63,394 nt of DNA, filler included, from Octopus bimaculoides (GCF_001194135.2; 7 parts of 6 records of this genome joined end to end with filler, not necessarily neighbours in it), one strand, 5' to 3'. Shown: positions 12,510-26,423, counted from the first letter of the whole stretch. Notes: generated from the letters alone by a model not told the origin. Numbers and translations: made by a program.

Positions 12510-13273
12510 GCCATTATCAACACAGAAACAATTTTAGTGATCTGAGTTAAACATTTCCATTCCATCCCATTCTTTGGTATGAATTCTGTGGTTATTCACT
12601 AATTTCCACATATATATCCCGTAAAAGAATGATTCCCCTGCGTGATAGCATATGGTAGCCGATACCCTTTAAGGAGCTTTGGAAAGTACGCTATAATATT
12701 ATTACCCAGATGATGATGATGATGATGATGATGTGTGTGTGTGTATGTGTATGTGTGTGTGCGCGTAAAGATACACCACATACACACACACCGCACACAC
12801 ATACAAACACACATATATGTATATGGGAGAAATTTATGCGACTAAATACTTAAAATAAATTCCCCAGGATGGCCGCAATCCAAAGATTGAAACAAAAGTT
12901 GAAAGACAAAATCTATATACGTGGGTGTTACAGGTGGAGCGTATGAGTGAGTTTCTTTGCATATATGTGGGCTCTATGTATTTGTATGTTCATATCGTAA
13001 CTGTAAGGCCATTAAAGAGATTTCTCTGAAATAGGTTATGTCAACTGTTCCATGAATAGAGATCGATAAAATATATGAATACATAGACAAAACGTTCTAA
13101 CACACCGGTCAATACCAGGATTAGATATAACATGCACACACACGCTAATACACGACTTATAATACCCAATCCTGTTCATACAACGACTGGGGCAAACTAT
13201 TCGGTATACAGCACTTACTCGGTATTACCTGTATCCTCCTGGGTTTGGTTAAATGCAATACCCTCCTCAACCT

Positions 13274-13312
<39 letters not shown>

Positions 13313-13462
13313 ATTTATATANNNNNNNNNNNNNNNNNNNNNNNNNNNNNNNNNNNNNNNNNNNNNNNNNNNNNNNNNNNNNNNNNNNNNNNNNNNNNNN
13401 NNNNNNNNNNNNNNNNNNNNNNNNNNNNNNNNNNNNNNNNNNNNNNNNNNNNNNNNNNNNNN

Positions 13463-13495
<33 letters not shown>

Positions 13496-14255
13496 TTCCT
13501 CTACATCGTTAAAAACAGTGCTATAAATCTTTAAAATTGTTTTGTAGTTTCTGTTATCATTAATATTTGTTATAGCTTACGCATCAAAATCTTGAACTAA
13601 GACGGATATGGTACAGTCGCAATTAGAATAGGTATATCAGTCATTTAATAGAAAATAAAACACCTATAACTAAATAACAAAATCAATCAAGCTATTTATA
13701 TAAATTTTGTTTAATTTACGACACAGCGAATCGCAATTTATAATTTACAGTGACATACTATATTCTGTTATTAATTAATCAACCAATTTAGGTCAAAACT
13801 TTTTTTAGGTCACTGTTGAAACTAAGGTTTAGAAACACGTTTTAAAATCTTCACTTTTTTATTTTCCTATTTCCTTATGATCAAAATGATTGTCAGTGTG
13901 TTAACCCGTATTTACAAGTCTAAGTAAGAAATATTAATAGCTCTTTATATTACTTTCAAGTCTAAACGCTTTGTAATTTGAGATGCACTTACCTTATGGT
14001 GAAAGATACCTAAGTTACAAAAATGTGTTTATTGATGGTCTACTTGAAAGTTTCTAATTTTTCAAATCTAAAAAATACCTATCTCTCACCAGAATTAGAC
14101 TTCCATTGAGATTGACCGGCTTTTACCTCGTCTTTAAAAATATGAAAAGTTTATGCGAGTGTCCTGTATATTTTAGATAATATTTATCGAATTTTGAAAT
14201 GGAAAGGCATATCATTCACAAATTCATCTTACCCCTTTGAAAAAAGAATATACAT

Positions 14256-14604
14256 TACTAGCAGAGATACCCGGCGTTGCCCGTGTTACATGCAATTGAA
14301 AAATGAGACTTTTCTGTTATATTTTCAGTAAGGAACTGGAATACATATGATTCAAATTTCATCAAAATTGCACATGAGGGTTCTTTCCCTCTTTACACAC
14401 CCTAAAGAAATTCTAATCATGAGACATGTATCCCATACTATTGATCTTTATGCGCATATTCCAAAATTTCAGTCTTCTGGAACCTGTGAAAAAGATTTTG
14501 CTCCTGCAAAATGGAGCTCATGGAGCTCTAAAATGTGGGAATTAAGGCCCCTATTGGGGGTGGGGGTGTTAATGTCAACCAGAGAAGTTAAATTGTTGGG
14601 AATG
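14256..14604 (+). mobile_element. Probable Helentron-associated (HINE/DINE-like) non-autonomous element, runs into gap
   Basis: 5' end TACTAGCAGAGATACCCGGCGTTGCCCG resembles the ACTAG..ACCCGGC..TGCCCG start of invertebrate HINEs. Confidence 0.5.
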
Positions 14605-17374
14605 NNNNNNNNNNNNNNNNNNNNNNNNNNNNNNNNNNNNNNNNNNNNTTAATTAATTAANNNNNNNNNNNNNNNNNNNNNNNNNNNNNNNNNNNNNNNN
14701 NNNNTATATATATTAAGGACAAATAAAAATACGCTTTCATTTTTCAAGGATAGCACCAACAGGAAATAAGCTACAGACACCTGAGCTAAAATGTATGCAG
14801 CCCAACTTGCATAAAATATTTACATAGCATTTAGTAGAAGACAAATTTAGGATAGAAAACACTTAAAATGGCTGCTTGTTGAAAACAATATCCAGAAGTG
14901 AAATGTCAATTAAGAAGTCAGCGCAACAGGTAAACTATTTTGGCTGGTGGCAAGAATATTCTTCAAGCAAGATTAATGTCTTGTTTGTCTTGTACTGTAT
15001 TGTTATCATCATCATCATCGTCAGGTTATTTTTTTTCCTCCTGTGTTTGTCCTTGTTCCGTCCTTCGTTCTTCGTTTCTTCAGTTTGCTTTCTAATCAGT
15101 GATTTCCCAGGATTTGTTTGTCCTGGAACCCAGTGCTTTGTTCCAAAGCCATATCTAAAATCGCCAATCTATCTATCGACGGAATTATTCTCAGATGACT
15201 TAGAATCTACTGCTTTTTCCCAGCAATTAGATAATCCCAGTTAAGCCAGAACAAAGTATTCTCAAAAACTTAACGAAACAACAGCAACTGCTTCTCGACT
15301 CATTAACTAATCAGCTGTTAATTTAATATCTCCTCCACTCAGCTAATTAACACTGACTATCAATGATTGACAGCATCCAAAATTTGGTGCCCTGTAAGTT
15401 TAGGTTCAATTCCCACGAGATTAACTCTCAGTAAAAAACTAAATAAAACAATAAATTTCTTTTGATTAATAAGCGAGATGTGGGTTGCATCGAACAGAGA
15501 TATCTATTATTTTAGTCATGTTTCCTCTGTCCACACACATACATGATTATTTCGCATTTGAAAGAGCATTAAATTAAAGATTGCATGAAATACTCTTGCC
15601 TTTTATTTGGCAGTGGGGGGGGGGTAGAGGTTTCATTGAAAGGAAAATGACGATGTTACTTAAAAGAAGGTGTCCATTTTCGAGCTCAGAGCTGTGAAAA
15701 GTAATGAAGAGGATACAGGAGACACTCAACAAAGCCAGCTTCTATATATGGCTGAAACGAGAAGACCCAAAGTGTTACTGCTTGACAGGTGGGCTAAGGG
15801 AACCATCTTCTTCATTGTGCGTCCTCCTCTCCGATAGTTGGAAGGCTTGTACCACCAGAAAGCTAGTCGGCTCTGGCTGCTGGAACTGAAACTAACACGA
15901 CTCAGTTGGAAGGTAGGTCTAGAGAGAGTGCAGGCCAAAACTACGTGCCCTTCCCCCATTGGTCAGTTGAAGCTTAGATTATGTCACATGACAGTTAGCT
16001 AGCGCTGGCTGCTGGAACCTGCCGGCGAGTATTTAGGAGATTTTAAGGGTGATCATTCGCCCGCTGAAATTCGTTGACGCTGCATCGAAGAAACCAAAAA
16101 AAAAAAACAGAAGGCCAGAGAAAAAAACCCAGTCAACGCCAGAGCTGAAGACACTCCCAAAAGTGGAGCGGGGGTGCAACATCGAAAACGGTAGAGGAGT
16201 AGGGGCCGAAACCGGGCGTGTTTCCTCCTGATGATGTCCTTACCCACTGGATTCTATAAAGGCGCTGTTCAGGTAGCGAACCACGAGACGTGGTTGGAAT
16301 TCCTTAGGATGAAATTCAAATACTTTAAAGGAAGGTGCAACAGTGAAATCAGAACTGGTTTCTTTCTTTCCCAAAAGCATTTGTGATGAAGTGAATAAAC
16401 TTCAACCAAGAATCAACAAATCGAAAACTGTCAGAAATTTATGTTGAGAATTATGAAGAAAGAATAATGGTTTCTTTTATCAAGAATAAAATTAATAGAT
16501 TTTGAGAAAATGAGAAATAAGACGCTGTGATGTTTATGTCGTTTCTAAGGAAACAAATGGACTGAGTTGAACTAGTTTAAAATGGAAACTGAAATTGTTT
16601 CAGCTAAGCCGCCAGCTAGTTTTACCACTTGAGGTTTTATATGGAAAATGGAAATTTAAGTAAATTCTCTTCTTAAATTAAGGCTTAATCCGAATGAACA
16701 GACCTACCTAAACGTCGCAGAGATTACAGAAATGAGACCGTTCCATAGATTCTTAAAATGTCACCAGAAAGGTTAAATACAAAAGGCCAAAGATAAAAAG
16801 TATGAAAATAAATATTTATTTACAAATTTACAAATTTAAAATAATCAATGAACTATTCTCGAAAGATAACACTTTGTTAATCCGGTGTAGAGATGTCGAA
16901 ATTATTTGGAGATAATTATCTTATTCTAAAGCGTCTCTAAGGGTAGGAACTTTATATCGAATAAACTGACCGTTCCTGGCACACCTCTCACACATCTACA
17001 AAAGACGAATCTTTCAAACAGCTCGAGTTAAAGAAAATAGAAAGACCACTATAGAATTGACATAGTTTTCATTATCATTAGCTTGGAGTATCGAGTTTTA
17101 AGTCCTTCCATTGGTGTAGCATGAGATAGAGTACGGAAGTACAGAGGGATCGACTCTAAGATGAGATACACGAAAGCGAAGCTGACGTTTAAACGCCTAC
17201 AATGAGCTATACCCTTTTTGGTGCCAGTCCGACCAAATGCAACTCCGGTAGAGTCAACAGCAAATACTACGTAACGGTTCGCATGGAATCATTTCGATGC
17301 AATGGCGTTACAAATGGAGCGGTACCGAAACAATTGTAACTAATAATAAAATTGTGCTAAATGCATTCTTCGCC

Positions 17375-17429
<55 letters not shown>

Positions 17430-17954
17430 NNNNNNNNNNNNNNNNNNNNNNNNNNNNNNNNNNNNNNNNNNNNTTAATTAATTAANNNNNNNNNNNNNNN
17501 NNNNNNNNNNNNNNNNNNNNNNNNNNNNNATATATATATACACACACACACACTCACATATATGTAGACACATATAAATAGAATATAAAAGGGATAAGAT
17601 TTTCTGGCGGATACCATATTATCTCTCAAAATGGTTTAGATGCTGGCTAGCCACACCAGCCGGTATATAGTACTCGAGCTTAGAGAAAGATACTGGTACT
17701 AGTAAACTTCATTCATTGGGTAATTCCATGTTCCTATTCAGAACTGCAAATATTCCATATACATACAAATATATATATAAAAGAGGAGAAACAGAAAATG
17801 GAATTCACAGCATTCTTTATTCAGAACTACTACAACTGCTTCACACCTGTAGCTTGTAAAATATGATGCTGTACAAGTATATCCAGTAGCATATGCATTT
17901 GTACAGTATGGTGACATCAGATAGCCAATCACTGGACAAGCCTTACACAGCATT

Positions 17955-18188
17955 ATTTATTTATTTATTGCCCACAAGAGGGTAAACATAGAAGGGACAA
18001 ACAAGGACAGACAAACGGATTCAGTCGATTACATCGACCCTAGTGTGTAACTGGTACTTAATTTATCGACCCCGAAAGGATGAAAGGCAAAGTCGACCTC
18101 GGCGGAATTTGAACTCAGAACGTAACGGCAGACGAAATACCACTAAGCATTTCGCCTGGCGTGCTAACGATTTTGCCAGCTCGCCGCC
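17955..18188 (-). mobile_element. Near full-length SINE (second family) with target-site duplication
   Basis: Head GGCGGCGAGCTGGCA at 18188, B-box-like GAGTTCAAATTCC, (AATA)n tail. Flanked by direct repeat TTACACAGCATT at 17943-17954 and 18189-18200. Confidence 0.95.
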
Positions 18189-18483
18189 TTACACAGCATT
18201 CTACAATGTTTTTACCCAAATTTATCTTAACTACACGCACACAAACACACACACACATACAGATACATATAGATATAATATATATACAATGGACTCTCCT
18301 GTCGTTAGACGATGTAGGAGAGTTGAACAATTTCTTAACGAACAATCACACAGATGATTTCTTTATAGTGATTAAATGTTTGTGTAGACATAAGCTTACT
18401 CCTTTCATCAAGTTGACATTACCTGTACAGGTGCAACTGGATGCCACATGTCAGACGTCGAAATGTTTGCAGAGCAAAATGAA

Positions 18484-18590
18484 ATGAAATGCTTTGCTCA
18501 AGAACACAACACAACACCCGGTCTGGGAATTGAAGCCATGATCCCACAATTGTGAGTGCAACACCCTAACCACCAAGCTATGCGCCTTCA
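18484..18590 (-). mobile_element. tRNA-derived SINE head, third type
   Basis: Minus strand GGCGCATAGCTTGGTGGTTAGGGTGTTGCACTCACAATTGTGGGATCATGGCTTCAATTCC..TTCTTGAGCAAAGCA; related copy at 31725-31826. Confidence 0.7.
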
Positions 18591-19063
18591 CACACACACA
18601 TATGCATATACATATATATATACATACACACATTTATATACATACATATTTATATACACGTATGTATGTATATATATATATATATNNNNNNNNNNNNNNN
18701 NNNNNNNNNNNNNNNNNNNNNNNNNNNNNNNNNNNNNNNNNNNNNNNNNNNNNNNNNNNNNNNNNNNNNNNNNNNNNNNNNNNNNNNNNNNNNNNNNNNN
18801 NNNNNNNNNNNNNNNNNNNNNNNNNNNNNNNNNNNNNCATCATAAATATACAGGGATTTTTGTTCTATGTGTGCCATAAATATCGCCATCCGTTTTGGAG
18901 AAAAATTTGTAGTTTAGAATCAGTAGTTCTTTGACTGCTATTTCTAAATTTTCAGTATGTTGGAGAAGCAACTCAATTGCTAATCCCTGCATATTTATGA
19001 TGATATATATATATATGAGTATAAATATCTATATATATATATATGTATCTATCTATCTATCTA

Positions 19064-19120
<57 letters not shown>

Positions 19121-19430
19121 GTATATATACATAAACATATATGCATGTGTGTGCATGTGTGTGTATGTATGTATATATATATATATATATACACACACAC
19201 AGACACACACACACACACACATACACACACACACACACATACATATTAGTGTGAATGAAGCAATGAATGAAAGTCATGCTCAAAATGTAGAGCTGGAGTT
19301 GTACTTATTGAGTAACGGGTGGACTTAGACTGATCCTAAATGCTCCAAGAAACTAAATGTCATACGTTTTACATTTCTGTGAAACTTTATCGAAGAACAA
19401 ACCAAAGAGCTAACGCTACCTGCTACTTTC

Positions 19431-19479
<49 letters not shown>

Positions 19480-19480
19480 A

Positions 19481-19649
19481 TAGATTTGGTGGATGGAAAT
19501 TGAAAGAAAATCTTTGTGTACATAAGAGTGTGTGTGTATGTGTGCATGTGCAAGCACGTGTTTGTGTGTGTGCATGCATGTATGTGTCTGCATGTGTGCA
19601 TGTGTATGTGTGTGCGCATGTGCGTGCATGCATACATATGTGTGTGCAT

Positions 19650-19681
<32 letters not shown>

Positions 19682-19915
19682 ATATATATTCATGTGTGCG
19701 CTTTTCTTTCTGTATTTGTCCCCCACCACCGGTAGGGTGTGTCTATGTCCCTGTAACTTAGCGATTCAGCAAAAAGGACTAATAGAGTAAGTTCCAGGAT
19801 TTTTTTTTTAAAACCCCAAAAGTAAGTAATGTTGTCAGTTCATTTGACTAAAAATTCTTCAAGGTAGTGCCCCAGTATGGCCACAGTCTAATGACTGCAA
19901 CAAGTAAAAAGAGAA
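19481..19915 (+). mobile_element. 5'-truncated composite SINE with expanded internal microsatellite
   Basis: Head-domain end GATTTGGTGGATGGAAATTGAAAGAA, ~190 bp (TG)/(AGAT) tract, then the 3' domain to CAAGTAAAAA. Confidence 0.75.
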
Positions 19916-20016
19916 AAAGAGAAAAAAAATGTATGTGTGTGTATACACCAGTATGTATGTATATAGATACATAGATACATATATATACATGCAGGCAAAT
20001 ACACACACACACACAG

Positions 20017-20105
<89 letters not shown>

Positions 20106-20912
20106 TATATACTTATATTAAAAATGGGCAAGGCTGCTTTATGGGATNNNNNNNNNNNNNNNNNNNNNNNNNNNNNNNNNNNNNNNNNNNNNNNNNNNNN
20201 NNNNNNNNNNNNNNNNNNNNNNNNNNNNNNNNNNNNNNNNNNNNNNNNNNNNNNNNNNNNNNNNNNNNNNNNNNNNNNNNNNNNNNNNNNNNNNNNNNNN
20301 NNNNNNNNNNNNNNNNNNNNNNNNNNNNNNNNNNNNNNNNNNNNNNNNNNNNNNNNNNNNNNNNNNNNNNNNNNNNNNNNNNNNNNNNNNNNNNNNNNNN
20401 NNNNNNNNNNNNNNNNNNNNNNNNNNNNNNNNNNNNNNNNNNNNNNNNNNNNNNNNNNNNNNNNNNNNNNNNNNNNNNNNNNNNNNNNNNNNNNNNNNNN
20501 NNNNNNNNNNNNNNNNNNNNNNNNNNNNNNNNNNNNNNNNNNNNNNNNNNNNNNNNNNNNNNNNNNNNNNNNNNNNNNNNNNNNNNNNNNNNNNNNNNNN
20601 NNNNNNNNNNNNNNNNNNNNNNNNNNNNNNNNNNNNNNNNNNNNNNNNNNNNNNNNNNNNNNNNNNNNNNNNNNNNNNNNNNNNNNNNNNNNNNNNNNNN
20701 NNNNNNNNNNNNNNNNNNNNNNGTGTATTTCTTCTATCTTAATGAATAAAAATTCTTCTGATAGAATAAATGGGTTAATAGAAACCAATGTAGCAAAGAA
20801 CACAAAATAACTGTGGTTTAGTTCCTGTTTTTAAGGCAGGAACTGCTTGAAATTTTGGGTATTTGAGTATATTTAAGAATTTAAGGATTGGAGAAAACGC
20901 ATGTTATAATTG

Positions 20913-21011
20913 CATACGTTATTCCTACATATGTTTCAAAGGATTACAACCTGTGTGATCCATAGGGATCTTTGATATTAAAATTGTAACCTTCTCATCA
21001 GGGAAAGCATG
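20913..21011 (-). ncRNA. Type-I hammerhead ribozyme
   Basis: Minus strand: CATGC-T-TTCC, CTGATGA (21001-20995), stem II GAAGGTTACAA/TTGTAATCCTTT with nested GATCC-CTAT-GGATC hairpin, GAA (20937-20935), palindromic stem III ACATATGT, GUA cleavage triplet, GGAA-TAAC-GTATG closing stem I. Confidence 0.8.
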
Positions 21012-21092
21012 GGAATCATCTTAAACGTAAGACATTATTGTTTTCATAATCGGTCATAATGTCTTACGTTTAAGATGATTCCCATGCTTTCC
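21002..21092. repeat. Perfect 37-bp inverted repeat with 17-nt spacer
   Basis: 21002-21038 GGAAAGCATGGGAATCATCTTAAACGTAAGACATTAT is the exact reverse complement of 21056-21092. Confidence 0.98.
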
Positions 21093-21187
21093 AGGATCAA
21101 TGTACTTGACTAGCCCCTCCCTTCTCCCAAAATTTTCAGGCCTTGTGCTTATATGACAAAATACATAATATATATGCACATATATAA

Positions 21188-21231
<44 letters not shown>

Positions 21232-21242
21232 GACAGACATAT

Positions 21243-21387
21243 TTCAGTTTCTGTCTATCAAATCCCCTCACAAGGCTTTGGTCATCTTGAGGCTATAGTA
21301 GAAGGTACTTGTCCGAGGTACCAGGCAGTGGGACTGAACCCTGAGCCCTGAACCATTGGGTTGGGTAGCATGCTACTGACTACACAG
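21243..21387 (-). mobile_element. SINE head domain
   Basis: Reverse complement of 1770-1915 (CACAAGGCTTTGGTC..GAGGCTATAGTAGAAG..CAGTGGGACTGAACCC). Confidence 0.85.
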
Positions 21388-21394
21388 GACACGA

Positions 21395-21545
21395 ATGCAT
21401 CCGGTACACTCTGTAAAGTGGTTGGCACTTGGAAAGGCATTCAACCGCAGAACATTGAACATGGCACAGTCTTCTGACTTTCCAAACCCTGTCAACCCAT
21501 GCCAGTATGAAAACCAGACATAAAATGATGATGATGGTGATGGTG
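21395..21545 (+). mobile_element. SINE/RTE-type 3' fragment ending in (TGA)n
   Basis: CACTCTGTAAAGTGGTTGGC..GAAAGGCATTCAACCGCAGAA is shared with 62920-62972; TGATGA tail. Confidence 0.6.
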
Positions 21546-22140
21546 ATGTTGATGGTGATGATTATGATGATGGCCCTGTGCCAAAATTAGAAATCATTAT
21601 TATAATCATTATAAGTAGTAGTAGTAATGGTAGTAGGTGTAGGAGTACTAGTAGTTGTTGTAGTAGTAGTAGCAGTAGCCATAGTAGCAATAGTAATGGT
21701 ATCTCTATGACAACTAGTGCCGATGCCAGTTACGGTATGATCATTTCAGTCGATGGCATTATCCGTGGCAATGTTTGCTTAGTGGTATTCGCAATGGTAG
21801 TGGTAATGGTAGTGGTGGTGGTGGTGGTGTTAGTGTCAGTGGTAGTGGTGATGGAGGCAACAATAGTAGGTGTCGTAGCTGTCACAATGGTAGCGGTGCT
21901 GTCGGAACGGTGTCATTCTAGTAGCTCTTACTCTAGCAGTGTCGGTGGTGGAGGAAGTGGCGGTGGTGGTTGCCGTGGTAGTGGTAGTTAACGATGGTAG
22001 TTAAATTAATGCTAGTAGTTGTATCACCGGTGCTGGTGGTGGCGGTAGTGGCAGCTGTAGTTGCAGTGCTAGCATTAGTGTTAGTAGTAACTGACATGTT
22101 GGTGGTGGTGGTGGTGGCAGGGGTAATGATATCGAGGTAA
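21524..22140. repeat. Mosaic trinucleotide repeat (GAT/TAG/GTG)
   Basis: Directly visible; explains the poly-S/V/G ORF. Confidence 0.9.
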
Positions 22141-22668
22141 GAGGTAATGTATAACGTTTACATAATCAGTTCACATATTATTTACATATATATTCATATA
22201 TACATATNNNNNNNNNNNNNNNNNNNNNNNNNNNNNNNNNNNNNNNNNNNNNNNNNNNNNNNNNNNNNNNNNNNNNNNNNNNNNNNNNNNNNNNNNNNNN
22301 NNNNNNNNNNNNNNNNNNNNNNNNNNNNNNNNNNNNNNNNNNNNNNNNNNNNNNNNNNNNNNNNNNNNNNNNNNNNNNNNNNNNNNNNNNNNNNNNNNNN
22401 NNNNNNNNNNNNNNNNNNNNNNNNNNNNNNNNNNNNNNNNNNNNNNNNNNNNNNNNNNNNNNNNNNNNNNNNNNNNNNNNNNNNNNNNNNNNNNNNNNNN
22501 NNNNNNNNNNNNNNNNNNNNNNNNNNNNNNNNNNNNNNNNNNNNNNNNNNNNNNNNNNNNNNNNNNNNNNNNNNNNNNNNNNNNNNNNNNNNNNNNNNNN
22601 NNNNNNNNNNNNNNNNNNNNNNNNNNNNNNNNNNNNNNNNNNNNNNNNNNNNNNNNNNNNNNNNNNNN

Positions 22669-22669
<1 letters not shown>

Positions 22670-22727
<58 letters not shown>

Positions 22728-23111
22728 CATATATAAACACACACACATATATATATATATGTGTATATACATGCAAGCAAACGTGCACAAAACACATACA
22801 CACACACACATACACATACAAAAATATGCCTTTGCAAATTCTGTCAAACCCAAGCAAGCATGGAAAAGAGTTATAATGATGATGATTGTGATGACAAAAA
22901 ATATATATGTATATATACATATATACATCTGTGTGTGTGTGTGTATATGTATGTGTGTGTGTATATATATATATAGACAGATAGATAGATAGATAGATAC
23001 ATAGATAGATNNNNNNNNNNNNNNNNNNNNNNNNNNNNNNNNNNNNNNNNNNNNNNNNNNNNNNNNNNNNNNNNNNNNNNNNNNNNNNNNNNNNNNNNNN
23101 NNNNNNNNNNT

Positions 23112-23142
<31 letters not shown>

Positions 23143-23426
23143 CATATATATACATATATGGTAATAATATATATATGTGTGGTATGTGTGTGTATGTATA
23201 TATAAATGTGTATCAGTCTGTCTGTTTAAAATACTATATATATGCATGTATGGCATATACATCCATACATACATATACGACAACTGCTATAAATGTATCT
23301 GTATACATATATGTGTGTGCGTGCGTGTGTGTATGTGTGTGTGCATATATACATGGTAACAAAATATACAAGCACTACAGAAGTCAGATTTTAACCCTTC
23401 TAAACGCACGCTTTGATATATGTATG

Positions 23427-23469
<43 letters not shown>

Positions 23470-23619
23470 TGAGGAAAAGATGAAGGATTTATTATGAATC
23501 CCTGAAAGGGATGACAGTACTAAAGAAATGAATAGTTTATATCTAAATCATGACTGTCTCTTTTTTTCCTAATATATGAAATCTGTACACCAAGTCAAGC
23601 AATCTATACATACATATAT

Positions 23620-23662
<43 letters not shown>

Positions 23663-23818
23663 ATNNNNNNNNNNNNNNNNNNNNNNNNNNNNNNNNNNNN
23701 NNNNNNNNNNNNNNNNNNNNNNNNNNNNNNNNNNNNNNNNNNNNNNNNNNNNNNNNNNNNNNNNNNNNNNNNNNNNNNNNNNNNNNNNNNNNNNNNNNNN
23801 NNNNNNNNNNNNNNNNNN

Positions 23819-23862
<44 letters not shown>

Positions 23863-23866
23863 TGTT

Positions 23867-23908
<42 letters not shown>

Positions 23909-24113
23909 CACACACATATATACATCTATATATATGTATGTAGGTATCTACATACATATATGTACACGTACATACATATGTCTCAGTATCTCTATATGTA
24001 TGTATGTATCTATCTATCTATATGTATATGTATATATACATATACATACGTACATAAACATATGTGTATACATGTATATACCTATGTATATCTATATATA
24101 CACATATACATAC

Positions 24114-24162
<49 letters not shown>

Positions 24163-24163
24163 T

Positions 24164-24207
<44 letters not shown>

Positions 24208-24943
24208 ATATATATATATGCATGTGCATGTAATTGATGTTCTATGACCAACCCACAGATTTCCCAGCCACTAACTATAACAACATTACCAATGGTTCTA
24301 GGCTAAGTTGGTTCTAGAGCATTAACAATAGTAGTAGTAATAGTAGTAGTAGTAGTAGTCGTTGTCATTCATGGACAGTCCCTATATGATTTTTGATCCA
24401 GGAGGCCTATGCCAGAGGCGTTCCAGATATGACCATCTCATCTGCTTCTCTTTTTTGGCATGATTTTTATGTCAGGTGATTGTCTAATATTTAAGACGGT
24501 GAATATGGCTATCATTTCTAGCAGGTCGAGAAATCATATACAGGCTCAATCGTTATTTTGCATTCATGCATATATATATATATATATATATAATAGAGAG
24601 GGAGAGAGAAAGAGAGAGAGAAATAGATAGATAAGTAGATGTAATATATAATATATGTATATGCATATATATACACACATAATATATATATACACACACA
24701 CACACTTATATGCATATACATATACATACATATATATAGATATATATAAATATATATGTATGTATATATATATATGTATATATATATGTACATATATATA
24801 CACACATATATGCATATACAAATACATATATATATATACACACACACACTTATATGCATATACATATACATACATATATATACACACATATATGCATATA
24901 CAAATACATATATATATATATACACACACATATATATGCATAT

Positions 24944-24995
<52 letters not shown>

Positions 24996-25203
24996 GTATG
25001 TATATACTATTCTTAGCAGGTGTTACAATAATGAGCATCACTTGTTGCATCCTGATAAAGATGCCTGTAGGACCCTATAACCTAAGATGCCCTTTCTTTT
25101 AAAAGATATTAGTGTATTAGGGGAGTGACACTTGGCTGCCTTTTCTAGCTAATAGAACAGCCACATACATGTTTCCTTGTTCGCTTCTATCTCAATTGTG
25201 CGC

Positions 25204-25234
<31 letters not shown>

Positions 25235-25414
25235 CATGTCTATGTGTATATGTGTCTGGAATCTAGACTGACACACATACATATATAAGCACATATATAC
25301 CGACACACACACATACACATACACACACACACACACATACATATATATATAAAATATATACATTATATAAATATATGAATATTCAGAATATTCATATGCA
25401 CATACATACACAAA

Positions 25415-25469
<55 letters not shown>

Positions 25470-25596
25470 TTCAAATGTTGATGTAAACGTATGCATGTCT
25501 ATGTATTCTTGATGTAAGTAAAACTGAAAAGACAAATTCTTCATCTTCTTCTTCTCCTCATCATCATCATAATCATCATCATCATAATCATTATTA

Positions 25597-25634
<38 letters not shown>

Positions 25635-25891
25635 ATTAGTTGTAGTAGTAGTAGTAGTAGTAGTAGTAGTGATGGTGGTAGTGGTGGTGGTGGTGGTGGT
25701 AGCTGGTTCCATTTATAATTAGTAGTAGCAGGTGTAGTGTTGATGGTGAGGTTGTAGCGATCATAGTAGCACTGGTAGTAATGGTAGAGGCGGTAGAGGT
25801 GGTGGTGGTGGTGGTCATTATGGGGGAACACTCCTACTTTCACTTTCAACATTTATCAGTCTTCACACATATAAATATGCGTGTGTGTGTG

Positions 25892-25933
<42 letters not shown>

Positions 25934-26030
25934 CATATACATACATACTTATATATATATGTATATACACACACACACAAGTTCATATATGCATAATTAA
26001 TTATATCTATATATTTACATGCATTTAATC

Positions 26031-26075
<45 letters not shown>

Positions 26076-26363
26076 TTGTGTGCATGGTTACACGCGTGTA
26101 TATGCACATATATATACATATATATACATCTATATGTATACACACATATCTATGTATACATACATATTTGCATATATTATATACACATATACATACATAC
26201 AAATGCATACATATATATACATACACTAACACACATACCTCATATATACATATATACATACATATATATATTTTTTTATATGCACACATATATATATACA
26301 CATATATATACATACACTAACACATATACCTCGTATATACATATATATACATACATACATGCT

Positions 26364-26423
<60 letters not shown>

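Larger units (their letters stand above)
20723..21092 (-). mobile_element. Ribozyme-bearing repeat (PLE pseudo-LTR or retrozyme-like) with 5' inverted duplication; one end in gap
   Basis: Contains the hammerhead at 20913-21011 and the foldback at 21002-21092. Element identity is inferred from these only. Confidence 0.45.

Noticed and set aside
15700-16340. GC-elevated block with CTGGCTGCTGGAAC twice and short ORFs
   Set aside because: Probably a TE 5' region, but no diagnostic motif was found to support a call.
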